DNA of 40,522 nucleotides, taken from the NCBI GenBank assembly GCA_007132585.1, contig SLOJ01000220.1:1-40522 (forward strand), in the 5' to 3' direction. Under the pieces are notes generated by a model, which searched no databases, was not told where the DNA came from, and saw only the letters and a program-made list of their open reading frames with translations. The translations under genes were made by a program, and so were the position numbers. Positions within the stretch are counted from its first letter, which is position 1. Each line of letters opens with the position of its first letter. Source of the stretch: Bacteroidales bacterium. Lineage in GTDB: Bacteria; Bacteroidota; Bacteroidia; Bacteroidales; UBA7960. This document shows positions 25,993-35,539 of the stretch, piece after piece.

Positions 25993-26403
25993 ATGGCTAA
26001 AATTGTTCATCTTTCAGAAGCCGCCTCATTGGCAATACATTCCATGGTGCTTATAGCAAAATCCGATTCGCATATCAATGTAAACATGATAGCCCAGGAG
26101 ATGGGTGCATCAAGGAATCATCTTGCCAAAGTACTGCAACTATTGGTAAAATATAACTACCTGAAATCTGTAAGGGGACCAAGCGGAGGATTTGTACTTA
26201 ATGTGCATCCTTCTGAAATTACTCTTCTTGATATTTATCAGGCCATTGAAGGAAAAATTGAAACCCCGGAATGCCCGCTTGATCGGCAGGTATGCCCTTT
26301 TGATAAGTGTCTCCTGGGGGGCATGGTAAAAGATGTTACTGAGCAGTTCAAAACCTATTTCGAAGGGCAAACGCTGGAAAAATTCATAAATGAACCTTAT
26401 TGA
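25993..26403 (+). CDS. Rrf2 family transcriptional regulator with three C-terminal Cys (Fe-S binding type)
   Basis: 'SRNHLAKVLQ.L', 'SVRGPSGGF', 'ITLLDIYQAIEG', 'CPLDRQVCPFDKC'. Confidence 0.94.
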   Translation: MAKIVHLSEAASLAIHSMVLIAKSDSHINVNMIAQEMGASRNHLAKVLQLLVKYNYLKSVRGPSGGFVLNVHPSEITLLDIYQAIEGKIETPECPLDRQVCPFDKCLLGGMVKDVTEQFKTYFEGQTLEKFINEPY

Positions 26404-26541
26404 TCAGGCTTTGTAAGTTTTTGCTCTCCTTTTCAAACATATTATTTTTTAAATTTCAGAAAAAATTTTTATACCCGATTAAACTTCTTCCAATTTTGAT
26501 CATCAAAGAACCATAATCATAATATTAACCCAAAAAAATTG

Positions 26542-27042
26542 ATGAAAAAAAAAAAAAAAAAAATTTTTGTAATTGCACTCGTATTCTTTTTTGCATTAAA
26601 TATTGATGCATTTGCACAACGCAGCCCCAGGGGCAATCATGATGGTGCACGTATGTGTCTTGATATTCCTGAACTAACACAGGAACAGGAAACTAAAATC
26701 AAGGCCATCCGAACAAAGAGGTTGAATGAAGCAACAACCCACAGAGCTCAGATGGATGAACTGAGAGCACAAAAAAGAACACTTCGTCTGGCCGCAAATC
26801 CTGACATGAATGAAATTGAAAAAGTAATTGATCAAATGGCCGGTTTAAGAGCTGAGCATATGAAAGCCAGTGAAACTCACCACCAGAGCATCAGAGAGAT
26901 CCTTACTCCTGAGCAAAGAACATTTTTCGACAGCCGCACAGCAAATCGTCCCCGCTTTGAGCAGAGAAACATGAGAAGAGGACAGGCTACACGTGGCGAA
27001 GGTCGTTACAATGATCAAAGACCTCGTGGCAGAAGAAGGTAG
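26542..27042 (+). CDS. Spy/CpxP-family periplasmic chaperone-like protein
   Basis: Signal peptide ending 'AFA-Q'; two LTxEQ motifs ('LTQEQ', 'LTPEQ'); Arg/Gly-rich tail. Confidence 0.85.
   Translation: MKKKKKKIFVIALVFFFALNIDAFAQRSPRGNHDGARMCLDIPELTQEQETKIKAIRTKRLNEATTHRAQMDELRAQKRTLRLAANPDMNEIEKVIDQMAGLRAEHMKASETHHQSIREILTPEQRTFFDSRTANRPRFEQRNMRRGQATRGEGRYNDQRPRGRRR
26545..26563 (+). repeat. A19 homopolymer immediately after the start codon
   Basis: 19 consecutive A residues counted in the sequence. Confidence 0.9.
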
Positions 27043-27081
27043 ATTAAAGAGTTCTTTATTCAATTTTTGTTTTAATACCCG

Positions 27082-27110
27082 AAAGCCCGTTTTTGCGGGC
27101 TTTTTTATTT
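27082..27110 (+). terminator. Intrinsic terminator after the spy-like gene
   Basis: AAAGCCCG-TTTTTG-CGGGCTTT followed by TTTATTT. Confidence 0.88.
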
Positions 27111-27132
27111 ATGTCAGATGGAATGAAATGAA

Positions 27133-27140
27133 TAACTTTG
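27133..27140 (+). promoter_or_regulatory. Candidate -7 element for the porin gene
   Basis: TAACTTTG(C) ending 22 nt before the ATG. Confidence 0.6.
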
Positions 27141-27162
27141 CCGCTTCAAACAAGTATGAAAT

Positions 27163-28392
27163 ATGAAAAAGATACTTTTTATTTCCGTGCTGCTAATTTT
27201 TTCCATCAATACCTTAAAAGCAGGAGAGGGCCCGGTTAATATTAAACCATATGGTTACATTAGTTATGAAATAATATATGATACATACCGCTCGCTCGAT
27301 ACCCGCGATGGAGAGCTTTATCTGTTCCCGAAAAAACCTGAATATGATATCAATGGCAACGATATAAACAAAAGGAGCAAGTTTAATATGTTGTCAGTTC
27401 ACTCACGTTTTGGAGTGGATGTCAAAGGTCCGGAAATTTTGGGTGCCAAAACCTCCGGTAAAATTGAAACAGACTTTTTTGGTACCCGGCAGGACCTTGT
27501 CAGGATGCTAAGACTTCGACAAGCCTTTATTCGTATGAATTGGGAAAACTCTGAACTGATATTGGGAAATACTTTTCATCCGGCTTTCGTACTGGATTGT
27601 TTTCCGCAAACTATTTCATTTGCAGCGGCTGTACCTTTTCATCCTTTAAACCGATCACCTCAATTACGTATCACACAAAATATTTCAGATAAGATTACCG
27701 GTTCGTTATCTTTTCTTGTACATGGATATCATAAAAGTGCCGGCCCCGAAGACCAGCAAAGGAATTCAGGTTTACCGGAATCTGTTATGCAATTGCGTTT
27801 TGAACCCTCATCAGGGTTTTTGGCAGGAATAACAGCAGGATATAAATTTTTATCTCCCCGAGATATTACTAACGGAGGTGAAGCGACAAAAAAAACCATC
27901 GGATCGTACATTCTTCAGGCATTTTCAAGAATTACAACTTCAAATGTTGATATAAAACTTGAAGGAATTTTTGGAGAAAATCTCACCCATTTTATTATGA
28001 TTGGTGGTTACGGGGCAAGAGGTACATCAGAAACCATTGACTGGAACAGTGATTATGATTATTCAAACTTACGAACACTATCAGTTTGGGCAGATATAGA
28101 AACAGATTTTGCCGGTTTTGACTGGGGAATATTTACCGGTTACACTGAAAATCTGGGTTCAAAACACCTGTATACTCCAATTGCAGGATTATCGCGTTAC
28201 GATGATCTTCATTTTCTTTTCAGAATATCTCCAAGAGTTCTTTATAAAGAAGGAAATATGAGCTTTGGTGCTGAGTATTCTTTCTATAATGCAGTATATG
28301 CCGAAGATTTTGACGCATACGGCAAACCTTCGGTATCTATGGATCCAGCGATCAACAATCACATATTATTAATGGCCCGTTACATTTTCTGA
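27163..28392 (+). CDS. Outer-membrane beta-barrel protein, DcaP-like porin
   Basis: Signal peptide, 'SRFG', 'IETDFFG', 'LRLRQAF', alternating beta-strands, C-terminal 'ARYIF'. Confidence 0.72.
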   Translation: MKKILFISVLLIFSINTLKAGEGPVNIKPYGYISYEIIYDTYRSLDTRDGELYLFPKKPEYDINGNDINKRSKFNMLSVHSRFGVDVKGPEILGAKTSGKIETDFFGTRQDLVRMLRLRQAFIRMNWENSELILGNTFHPAFVLDCFPQTISFAAAVPFHPLNRSPQLRITQNISDKITGSLSFLVHGYHKSAGPEDQQRNSGLPESVMQLRFEPSSGFLAGITAGYKFLSPRDITNGGEATKKTIGSYILQAFSRITTSNVDIKLEGIFGENLTHFIMIGGYGARGTSETIDWNSDYDYSNLRTLSVWADIETDFAGFDWGIFTGYTENLGSKHLYTPIAGLSRYDDLHFLFRISPRVLYKEGNMSFGAEYSFYNAVYAEDFDAYGKPSVSMDPAINNHILLMARYIF

Positions 28393-28404
28393 TCATTGAA
28401 AATC

Positions 28405-29508
28405 CTAAACAGATTGAAGTAACCTGGGAATTAATTCTACCAATTCATTGTATTTGAGATTTCTGGCCACAATGGTACCATCAGGACCAATAAGAACATT
28501 TTGAGGTATGCTGCGAACAACATATTCACTTGCCGGCCCACTCCTCCAACCTTCCAGATCACTCACCTGTGGCCAGTTTAACTCATCTTCTTCAATGCCT
28601 TTCACCCAGGCATCATGATTTCTGTCAAGCGAAACACCAATTATTTCAAAACCTTTTGAATCAATTTCATTGTATGCTTTAACAAGATTCGGATTTTCTA
28701 CCCTGCAATAGGGGCACCACGATGCCCAAAAGCTAAGCAAAACATATTTACCCCTGTAATCGGATAGTGAAATCTCATTCCCATCCGGATCGGGGAGGGT
28801 AAAATCAATTGCAGGTTCTCCGATAGCCACTCTTTCAAGGTCGGTAACCCGACCTGCCAGGTCATCATAATATCTTGATCCGGCGAGTTTTGTATCAAAA
28901 ATATCAAGTATTTCCTGCAGTTCTTCATGGTCCAGGCCATGACTCAATTGCCTTATAGCAATAAATACTGCAGCCGGTTGATCGGAATACTGGTTTACGT
29001 AATCCAATATTGCCTGCTTTCTTAGTCTTTCAGTTTCCTCATAACGTTCCCGAAGCTGATCGGCAAGCAACTCATTATTTTCTTCCACTGCTTTACGGAT
29101 TTCTTCCTGGTCAAACCGAAGTCTTTCATCAAAGGGCTGCACAACATCATCCAGACCGGTAAAGATTTCGTGAGACTTTGAACCACTTACCTGATATTGC
29201 GAAGGATTTTCGGCGTCGATGTCAACTTCTATGTCTGTATTTTCAACAAACAACGCAAGACGACTGGCAACTCCATCAATATTCAGGTAAAATATCTCAG
29301 GATGTTTTATTTCTCCAGAGAAACTAAAATTTCCGTTTTGAACTTCAGCTGAATCCATATTTACCATTAATCCGTCAACTCTGTCTTGCAGGTATACCTT
29401 CCCATTTTCAAGTCCGCTTATTGAACCATTAATGGTAAATGATTCCTGTGGTTTTGGCTGGCAGGCAAAAACGGCTGCAGCCATGATAATGATCCATATT
29501 TTTTTCAT
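28405..29508 (-). CDS. TlpA-family thiol-disulfide oxidoreductase lipoprotein (DUF4369 + AhpC/TSA)
   Basis: Lipobox 'FAC', 'FWASWCPYCRVENP', 'GVSLD', 'SIPQNVLI'. Confidence 0.93.
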   Translation of the reverse strand: MKKIWIIIMAAAVFACQPKPQESFTINGSISGLENGKVYLQDRVDGLMVNMDSAEVQNGNFSFSGEIKHPEIFYLNIDGVASRLALFVENTDIEVDIDAENPSQYQVSGSKSHEIFTGLDDVVQPFDERLRFDQEEIRKAVEENNELLADQLRERYEETERLRKQAILDYVNQYSDQPAAVFIAIRQLSHGLDHEELQEILDIFDTKLAGSRYYDDLAGRVTDLERVAIGEPAIDFTLPDPDGNEISLSDYRGKYVLLSFWASWCPYCRVENPNLVKAYNEIDSKGFEIIGVSLDRNHDAWVKGIEEDELNWPQVSDLEGWRSGPASEYVVRSIPQNVLIGPDGTIVARNLKYNELVELIPRLLQSV

Positions 29509-29513
29509 GGTGT

Positions 29514-31025
29514 TTATTTTTGATTTGTATGAATAATTTGATTAAATATTTCATCATTATTATCTGCTTTGCGTGTAAAAAGACTTACCAGCCAGGTTAC
29601 CAGAAAAGCAAGGATAAATGCAGGCACAAGCTCATATATCCATTCTTTAAGAAAATCTACCCGAACCCATATCATTACAGTAACTGCACCGGTAATTATT
29701 CCGGAAATTACACCTGCTTGGGTAACATTTTTCCAGTATAATGCGAGTATTGATGTGGGCCCGAAGGCAGCTCCAAGTCCTGCCCATGCAAAAAGCACCA
29801 GCCAGAATACCAGTTGCTCTGCTACAAAACCCAGCATCAATGCCAATATTACAAGGAAAACTACAAACCATCGACTGATATAAACAAGTTTTCGCTGCGA
29901 AAGTTCCTTGTGCCGGTAAATCATCTTCTCATAGATGTCCCTTACCAGGGCAGATGCAGCAACAAGAAGCTGTGAATCGGCTGTTGACATGATGGCTGCA
30001 AAAATTGAAGCTATAACCACACCGAACATAATAGGATGGAGGTGCTCGCCTGCAAGGGTGGGATAAAGGTTTTCAGGATCTGCACCTGGCAGAAAACTCA
30101 GATCAGGAAAGTATATTCTTCCGGCCATTCCCGTTGCCAATGCTCCCAATGCCATAAGAATATTGGCTCCTGTACCTACCATGGCAGTCATTTTCAGCTT
30201 TGCCGGATTTTTTATTGACATATAACGGGCAATAATATGCGGATTTCCTACCGAACCCAGCCCGATCCCCAAAAACCCGATCAAGGCCCCGGCTGATAGT
30301 GCAAATGCACCGGTAAACCGACCTCCTTCGGTGGGTATAAGTGAAGCTTGTTCATAAAATTCACCAAATCCTCCCAAATGTATAATTGTAATAATTGGCA
30401 AAACTATCAGTGCAATAATCATAATAAACCCCTGTATGGTATCTGTTACACTTACTGCAAGAAAACCACCCACCACAGTATAAAATAAGATGATAACAGC
30501 AGTTAGCAGCAGGCCCTGGGTTTGTGTCATTTGAAAACCGGCACTGAAGGTTTTTCCACCGGCAACAAATTGTGCTGAAACATAGGCCAGCATAAAAATG
30601 ATAATAATTACTGCCACCACAGTTCGTATGGTCCCTGATTTATCTCCAAATCGTTCTTCAAAAAAGTCGGGTATTGTAATACAGTCAAGTTTTTCGCTAA
30701 ACCTTCTGATTCGTGGGGCATAAAAGAAAAAAAGAAAAAATTCAGCTGTAATATAACCAGCTGCAGCCCACAAAGCTGATAATCCAATTGTGTAAGCCAT
30801 TCCGGTAAACCCCAGCAATAGCCAGGCGCTGCGGCCACTTACTACTGCCGACAGAGCCACCACCAGCATATTCATTTTACGTCCACCAATAAAGAAATTG
30901 CTTATTCCCTGTGATGAAAACCTTGCAGCCAGAACACCCACAATTACTATAAGTAAAAGATAGCCAATGAATGCACTTAATGCATAATTGTCAACATGAA
31001 GCACCAGGCTTTGAACTTCTTCCAT
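29514..31025 (-). CDS. putP: Sodium/proline symporter (SSS family)
   Basis: 'FFIGGR', 'SAWLLLG', 'GGFLAVSVTD', 'GNPHI..RYM', 'AAIMSTADSQLL', 'FAWAGLGAAFGP'. Start is ATG 31025 or TTG 31049. Confidence 0.92.
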   Translation of the reverse strand: MEEVQSLVLHVDNYALSAFIGYLLLIVIVGVLAARFSSQGISNFFIGGRKMNMLVVALSAVVSGRSAWLLLGFTGMAYTIGLSALWAAAGYITAEFFLFFFYAPRIRRFSEKLDCITIPDFFEERFGDKSGTIRTVVAVIIIIFMLAYVSAQFVAGGKTFSAGFQMTQTQGLLLTAVIILFYTVVGGFLAVSVTDTIQGFIMIIALIVLPIITIIHLGGFGEFYEQASLIPTEGGRFTGAFALSAGALIGFLGIGLGSVGNPHIIARYMSIKNPAKLKMTAMVGTGANILMALGALATGMAGRIYFPDLSFLPGADPENLYPTLAGEHLHPIMFGVVIASIFAAIMSTADSQLLVAASALVRDIYEKMIYRHKELSQRKLVYISRWFVVFLVILALMLGFVAEQLVFWLVLFAWAGLGAAFGPTSILALYWKNVTQAGVISGIITGAVTVMIWVRVDFLKEWIYELVPAFILAFLVTWLVSLFTRKADNNDEIFNQIIHTNQK

Positions 31026-31091
31026 GCATAATTGATTTTGGTTTGCCAAATAAACAACTAAAATACATAATTATTCCGGTAGGACGCAAAC

Positions 31092-31850
31092 CTAAATCAC
31101 CTCAAGTGTTTCTTTTTTTACCCATCCAACATTACCATCGGGTAAACCAATTTCCAGCCATTCTCCAATACCATTTCTTATATAAACTTTTGTGCCTTCA
31201 TGCACAAGAAAAAGGTCAGGGCTCTGCGGAGAAGGAGAACTCTTTGCAGAAACTCTTGGATTCATAATAACAGCTTCATTGTCGGCTGTAAGTCTGTTAT
31301 ATTGTTTTTGGGCAAAAATAAATGAAAATACTGTAAGAAATAATAAAAATACTGCTGTATAAAAAGAAGCCTTTTTTACACCACGGGTGCGCGAAAATAG
31401 ATATAAAGCGGTAAGAGAAAGAAATATAAAGAGCAGAATAATGGAAGTAATACCCCATCCTGTAGCTGACTGTATCTTAATGATATTTTGCCACCATCTT
31501 TCATAAAATAGCTTCGGGCGTTCATCTATACGATCTACTATTCTGTTTCTGGTAATTTGCAGGTTGTGTAAAATATTATCATTAACTGGATCAAGCCTGA
31601 GGGCTCTCTCGTAATGCAAAATCGCAGGCCCTAACCGATTGTTTTTAAAATAGGCATTACCCAGATTGTAATGTAGTTCTGAAGCTACAAATCCTTGTTC
31701 AAGAACCTGTTCGTATAACTCTGCAGCATATGAATATTCACTACGGGCATATGCTTCGTTGGCTTCTGCAATGAGCTGATCAGGGGTTTGAGGGTAAACC
31801 AATATACCTGCAAATGAAAAAAATAAAAATATCAGTATTGTTCTTTTCAT
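31092..31850 (-). CDS. batE: BatE (TPR + SH3)
   Basis: 'YNLGNAYFK...AILHYERA' TPR, two TM segments, 'HEGTKV...GWV' SH3; start moved to ATG 31850. Confidence 0.93.
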   Translation of the reverse strand: MKRTILIFLFFSFAGILVYPQTPDQLIAEANEAYARSEYSYAAELYEQVLEQGFVASELHYNLGNAYFKNNRLGPAILHYERALRLDPVNDNILHNLQITRNRIVDRIDERPKLFYERWWQNIIKIQSATGWGITSIILLFIFLSLTALYLFSRTRGVKKASFYTAVFLLFLTVFSFIFAQKQYNRLTADNEAVIMNPRVSAKSSPSPQSPDLFLVHEGTKVYIRNGIGEWLEIGLPDGNVGWVKKETLEVI

Positions 31851-31857
31851 AAATGTT

Positions 31858-33696
31858 TTATTTCTTTTTGCTACGTAACTCTTTTTCAATAGTAACAATG
31901 GTTTGCAGGGCTTTATTATAAATTTCAGCCATACGGTTTTCTTTTTTACCGGGCGCAAAGCGGGCAAACTCCGTATCATTTAATGTACTCATAAATTTAT
32001 CGGAGAGTTCCTGGGGTACCTTTTGCGATTTAAAAGCGCCTGATACAGTTTCTTTATTGAGAATTGAAACAGGAATACTTAGTTTATCGGAAAGATAACC
32101 CCATAATGCCTTAAAAATCTCATCATAAAATTCATTTTCCTGCTTTTTATCCAGATAATTTTTTGCCAGTTTTAGTCTTTTTCTGGCCAACTTTTCAGCT
32201 TTCTTATTTCGTAAAAGCTGTTGGTTGCTTTGAAGCTTAATATAGTTTCTCCGGTAAATAAGGAAAAAGATAAACAGAGTAAACGGTATAATAATTAATA
32301 AAAAGAATAAACGACTCCCATAAAAGACATCTGCCTGACGGAATAATTTTACAGGTCCGGTGTATATATATCTGATATCGGTAGCAATTTGTCTGATATC
32401 TTCCTGGTTAATGGTTCCAGGTTCGGTCCCCGGAGAAGCAACATCACCACTCACAAATAGTGTAAATTCTGGGGTGGTTTTACTAACATATTTACTGCTT
32501 GTGGGGTCAAAGTAAACAAAATTAAAAGGTTGTATTATAAACTCACCACTGGTACGTGGAATCATAAGGTAGTCAAAAGTTCTTGACCCCGATACGCCTG
32601 CAGTAGTATTTCTGATATTATCATTTATATTTGGATCAAAAACTTCCAGGTTGGCCGGAAAATTAAAATCAGGTTTCCCAAGCATGCGCATATTCCCTTT
32701 GCCCGAAACGTTTACCTTCAAATTTACAGCATCATTGGGGTTAACTTCTGTAGCAGAAATATCAGCCGATACATCAAAATCAGTACCTACCATGCCGGTA
32801 AATGCCGCAGGGCGGTTTTGCACAGGCAAAGGTTTTACGTTAAGTTTAATTGTGTTGGAAGAAACAGTTTGTCTGATTTGCCGCTGATCAAAAGGAGACC
32901 CGCCAAAAAATTCATCAAAAAGGCTTTGGCGTCTGCGTTGTCCGGGCAAATTGATAACCATATCCACTTCAAGTGGTTCAATGGAAATCTCACCGCTCCT
33001 TTGGGCAAATAGAGCTACTCTTCTTATTTCTGCTACTCTGTATGTTTCTCCATTTATCGTCTGTGTGCGTGTTTGGGGAGAACCGGTTTGGGTAAGATTT
33101 TCTGACCAGAAACCTCTGTAGGAGGGAAGCTTTTCAACGTTGTATTGACTAACTCCCACTTTCGTTACTATCTCATAAGTGATAATTACCTGTTCACCCT
33201 GGTAAGGGTTCATATTATTTGCTGATGCTCTGATAAATATATCCCGGGCTGTAACCCCGTTTTCATCCTGTGTTCTGCTTTGGCCGGGATCGGGATCGGT
33301 TGTTTGGGGTGGTGTTGCAGCTGCTCCCACATTGATATTATTGGAATTGGAACGATATGTATTTCCGTCAACCTGCACGGTAGCAGGTTGTATGGTTTGG
33401 GTTCCTTCACGGGTTGCTTCTAAAATATAAGTATATGAAACAGACTCTGTGCGGGTTGTTTGGCCGTTAATGATTTGCATGGATGTACTTGATGACTGGC
33501 TGGGTCCGGATAGTACCCTGAAACCTTCAAAAGAAGGTGCGGTAAAATCCGATGGCCGGGCATTTATCTGGAAAGTAACACGAAAACGCTCGCCTACTGC
33601 AACATTGGCAGGGGCAGAGGCTGTAAACTCAATGTCATCTGCTTTACCTGCTGTTGACCAAAATAGTACAACTATCAAAAAAAATATCTTTTGCAT
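31858..33696 (-). CDS. batD: BatD
   Basis: Signal peptide, 'GPSQSSSTSMQIING', BatD repeats, TM segment, 'FARFAP' tail; operon position. Confidence 0.93.
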   Translation of the reverse strand: MQKIFFLIVVLFWSTAGKADDIEFTASAPANVAVGERFRVTFQINARPSDFTAPSFEGFRVLSGPSQSSSTSMQIINGQTTRTESVSYTYILEATREGTQTIQPATVQVDGNTYRSNSNNINVGAAATPPQTTDPDPGQSRTQDENGVTARDIFIRASANNMNPYQGEQVIITYEIVTKVGVSQYNVEKLPSYRGFWSENLTQTGSPQTRTQTINGETYRVAEIRRVALFAQRSGEISIEPLEVDMVINLPGQRRRQSLFDEFFGGSPFDQRQIRQTVSSNTIKLNVKPLPVQNRPAAFTGMVGTDFDVSADISATEVNPNDAVNLKVNVSGKGNMRMLGKPDFNFPANLEVFDPNINDNIRNTTAGVSGSRTFDYLMIPRTSGEFIIQPFNFVYFDPTSSKYVSKTTPEFTLFVSGDVASPGTEPGTINQEDIRQIATDIRYIYTGPVKLFRQADVFYGSRLFFLLIIIPFTLFIFFLIYRRNYIKLQSNQQLLRNKKAEKLARKRLKLAKNYLDKKQENEFYDEIFKALWGYLSDKLSIPVSILNKETVSGAFKSQKVPQELSDKFMSTLNDTEFARFAPGKKENRMAEIYNKALQTIVTIEKELRSKKK

Positions 33697-33708
33697 AGGT
33701 TTAATTTT

Positions 33709-34413
33709 TTACCATTCTCTAACCGGTCTTTGCGGTATTGCCTGCTTTTCTTCTCTTTCAATTTTCTCCTGTATCTCCTGTTCCTGCTGATTCAGTGCAT
33801 CAAGTATTCGTTGTGCATCCTCAGGGGAGATCTGATCGGGTCTGGGTTGTGGTTGCTCTTGTTGTTCCTGCTGGTCATCTTCTCCCTCCTGCGGTTGCTC
33901 CTGGTCGTCCTGTTGATCATCCTGATCATCTTCACCATCCTGATCCTGCTGCTGTTGTTGTTGTTCCTGTTCCTGCAACATCTTCATTGCCGTAGCCAGA
34001 TTAAACCGGGTGTCATTGTCATCAGGTCTTATACGAAGTGAGTTTTTGTAAGCATCAATACCTTCGCTTATTTGCTGATTGCCCAGGAGTGCATTACCCA
34101 GATTGTGATATACATCGGCACGTCTGTTATCCGAAATGTCTGATTGTACTATACCTTCCAGAATATTGGAAGCTTCATCGTACCGACCCTGCTTGTATAA
34201 TGAATTTGCCAGGTTATATAAAGCTTTAATATTACCCGGATCTTCTTCCAAAGCTTTTCTGTAATTCATTTCAGCATCCGAATAATTTTCATTCTTATAC
34301 TCGCGGTTTCCTTTTCTCAAATCAGGATTGACATTTTGCGATAATGTATTCACACTAAATAAAAAGAAAGATAGTAAAAAAAGAATGATATGTCCAGAAG
34401 TTTTGTTTTTCAT
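33709..34413 (-). CDS. batC: BatC (TPR protein with Q/D-rich linker)
   Basis: TPRs 'YNLANSLYKQ', 'HNLGN', Q/D-rich linker, 'AQRILDAL', terminal Trp. Confidence 0.92.
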   Translation of the reverse strand: MKNKTSGHIILFLLSFFLFSVNTLSQNVNPDLRKGNREYKNENYSDAEMNYRKALEEDPGNIKALYNLANSLYKQGRYDEASNILEGIVQSDISDNRRADVYHNLGNALLGNQQISEGIDAYKNSLRIRPDDNDTRFNLATAMKMLQEQEQQQQQQDQDGEDDQDDQQDDQEQPQEGEDDQQEQQEQPQPRPDQISPEDAQRILDALNQQEQEIQEKIEREEKQAIPQRPVREW

Positions 34414-34469
34414 AAGGTTTATTTCATGAAAATGTATAACTAATCGTTTTTAAATATTTTACTTCGACA

Positions 34470-35510
34470 TTACGATATATCAAAGAGTTTTATTTTGTTA
34501 AGCCATTTACTTTTTCTTTCAAAAATCAAAAATTCAACAAGAAAGAAAATCAGGGCCAGAGCAATAAAGTAATGAAACCTGCTTTCGTATTCAGCAAAAC
34601 GAGTAGTTTCATATTCCTGTTGTTCCATCAATCTGATTTCTTCAAGAATTTTATTGAGTCCCAGATCAGGGCCGGTGCCTGTTTGAAACACACCGCCAGT
34701 TTGTTGGGCAATATTTCGCAGCATCGGTTCATCAAATCTGCTTACCACGGTATTTCCTTCATTGTCTCTGAGAAAACCACTCAACTGACCGCCACGGTAT
34801 ACCGGAATGGGTGCTCCCCGGGAAGTACCAATTCCAACAGTATGAATCATTATTCCCATATCAGATGCCCTGCGGGCAACAGATAAAGGGTCGTCCTGAT
34901 GGTTTTCTCCATCCGATACAAGTATTATAACCCTGCTTTTATCATCCTGATTCGCAAATGTTGCAATGCTTCTTTCCAGGGCACTGCCGATGGCAGTTCC
35001 CTGTACCTGCACAGTTTCAGTATTTACTGTTCTCAATATCATTCTTGCCGCATCCAGATCAGAGGTAATGGGTACCTGTGTTACAGCCGATCCGGCAAAG
35101 ACAACCAGTCCTACCCGGTCATTTTCCAACTGATCAATCAAACGTGATACAGCATGTTTTGCTCTATCCATACGATTGGGACGAATATCTTCAGCAAGCA
35201 TACTGCGGCTTACATCAAGGGCAATCACAATGTCAATTCCTTTGCTGCGGGCTTCTTCGGTTTTAAACCCTATTTGCGGGTTTACTGCAGCCATAATGAG
35301 TGATGAGAAACCAAGTGTAAACAATATAAACCTGAGCCAGGGCCTTGCACTGGAACGCATCGGAAGCATACGGGCAATCAATTGCCCATGGCCTAACTTT
35401 TTTATTCTTCTGCTAGTGACGTAAACAGCCCTGAGAAATATTAAAAGCAGGACAGGTAAAAAAGCAAATAAAATAAAATATTCTTGATTTTCAAACCTCA
35501 GTATATCCAT
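34470..35510 (-). CDS. batB: BatB (VWA domain)
   Basis: MIDAS 'DVSRSM', 'PNR', 'SDGENH', 'G..IP'. Confidence 0.93.
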   Translation of the reverse strand: MDILRFENQEYFILFAFLPVLLLIFLRAVYVTSRRIKKLGHGQLIARMLPMRSSARPWLRFILFTLGFSSLIMAAVNPQIGFKTEEARSKGIDIVIALDVSRSMLAEDIRPNRMDRAKHAVSRLIDQLENDRVGLVVFAGSAVTQVPITSDLDAARMILRTVNTETVQVQGTAIGSALERSIATFANQDDKSRVIILVSDGENHQDDPLSVARRASDMGIMIHTVGIGTSRGAPIPVYRGGQLSGFLRDNEGNTVVSRFDEPMLRNIAQQTGGVFQTGTGPDLGLNKILEEIRLMEQQEYETTRFAEYESRFHYFIALALIFFLVEFLIFERKSKWLNKIKLFDIS

Positions 35511-35539
35511 ATCTGAATATATTCTTTAAGTAAAGTGTT

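Noticed and set aside
31851-31979. N-terminal extension of BatE
   Set aside because: It overlaps batD; the signal peptide begins at ATG 31850.
33850-33975. Repeat-like tract in batC and overlapping antisense ORFs (33691-34041, 33738-33995)
   Set aside because: This is the usual Q/D-rich BatC linker. The antisense ORFs are low-complexity shadows.
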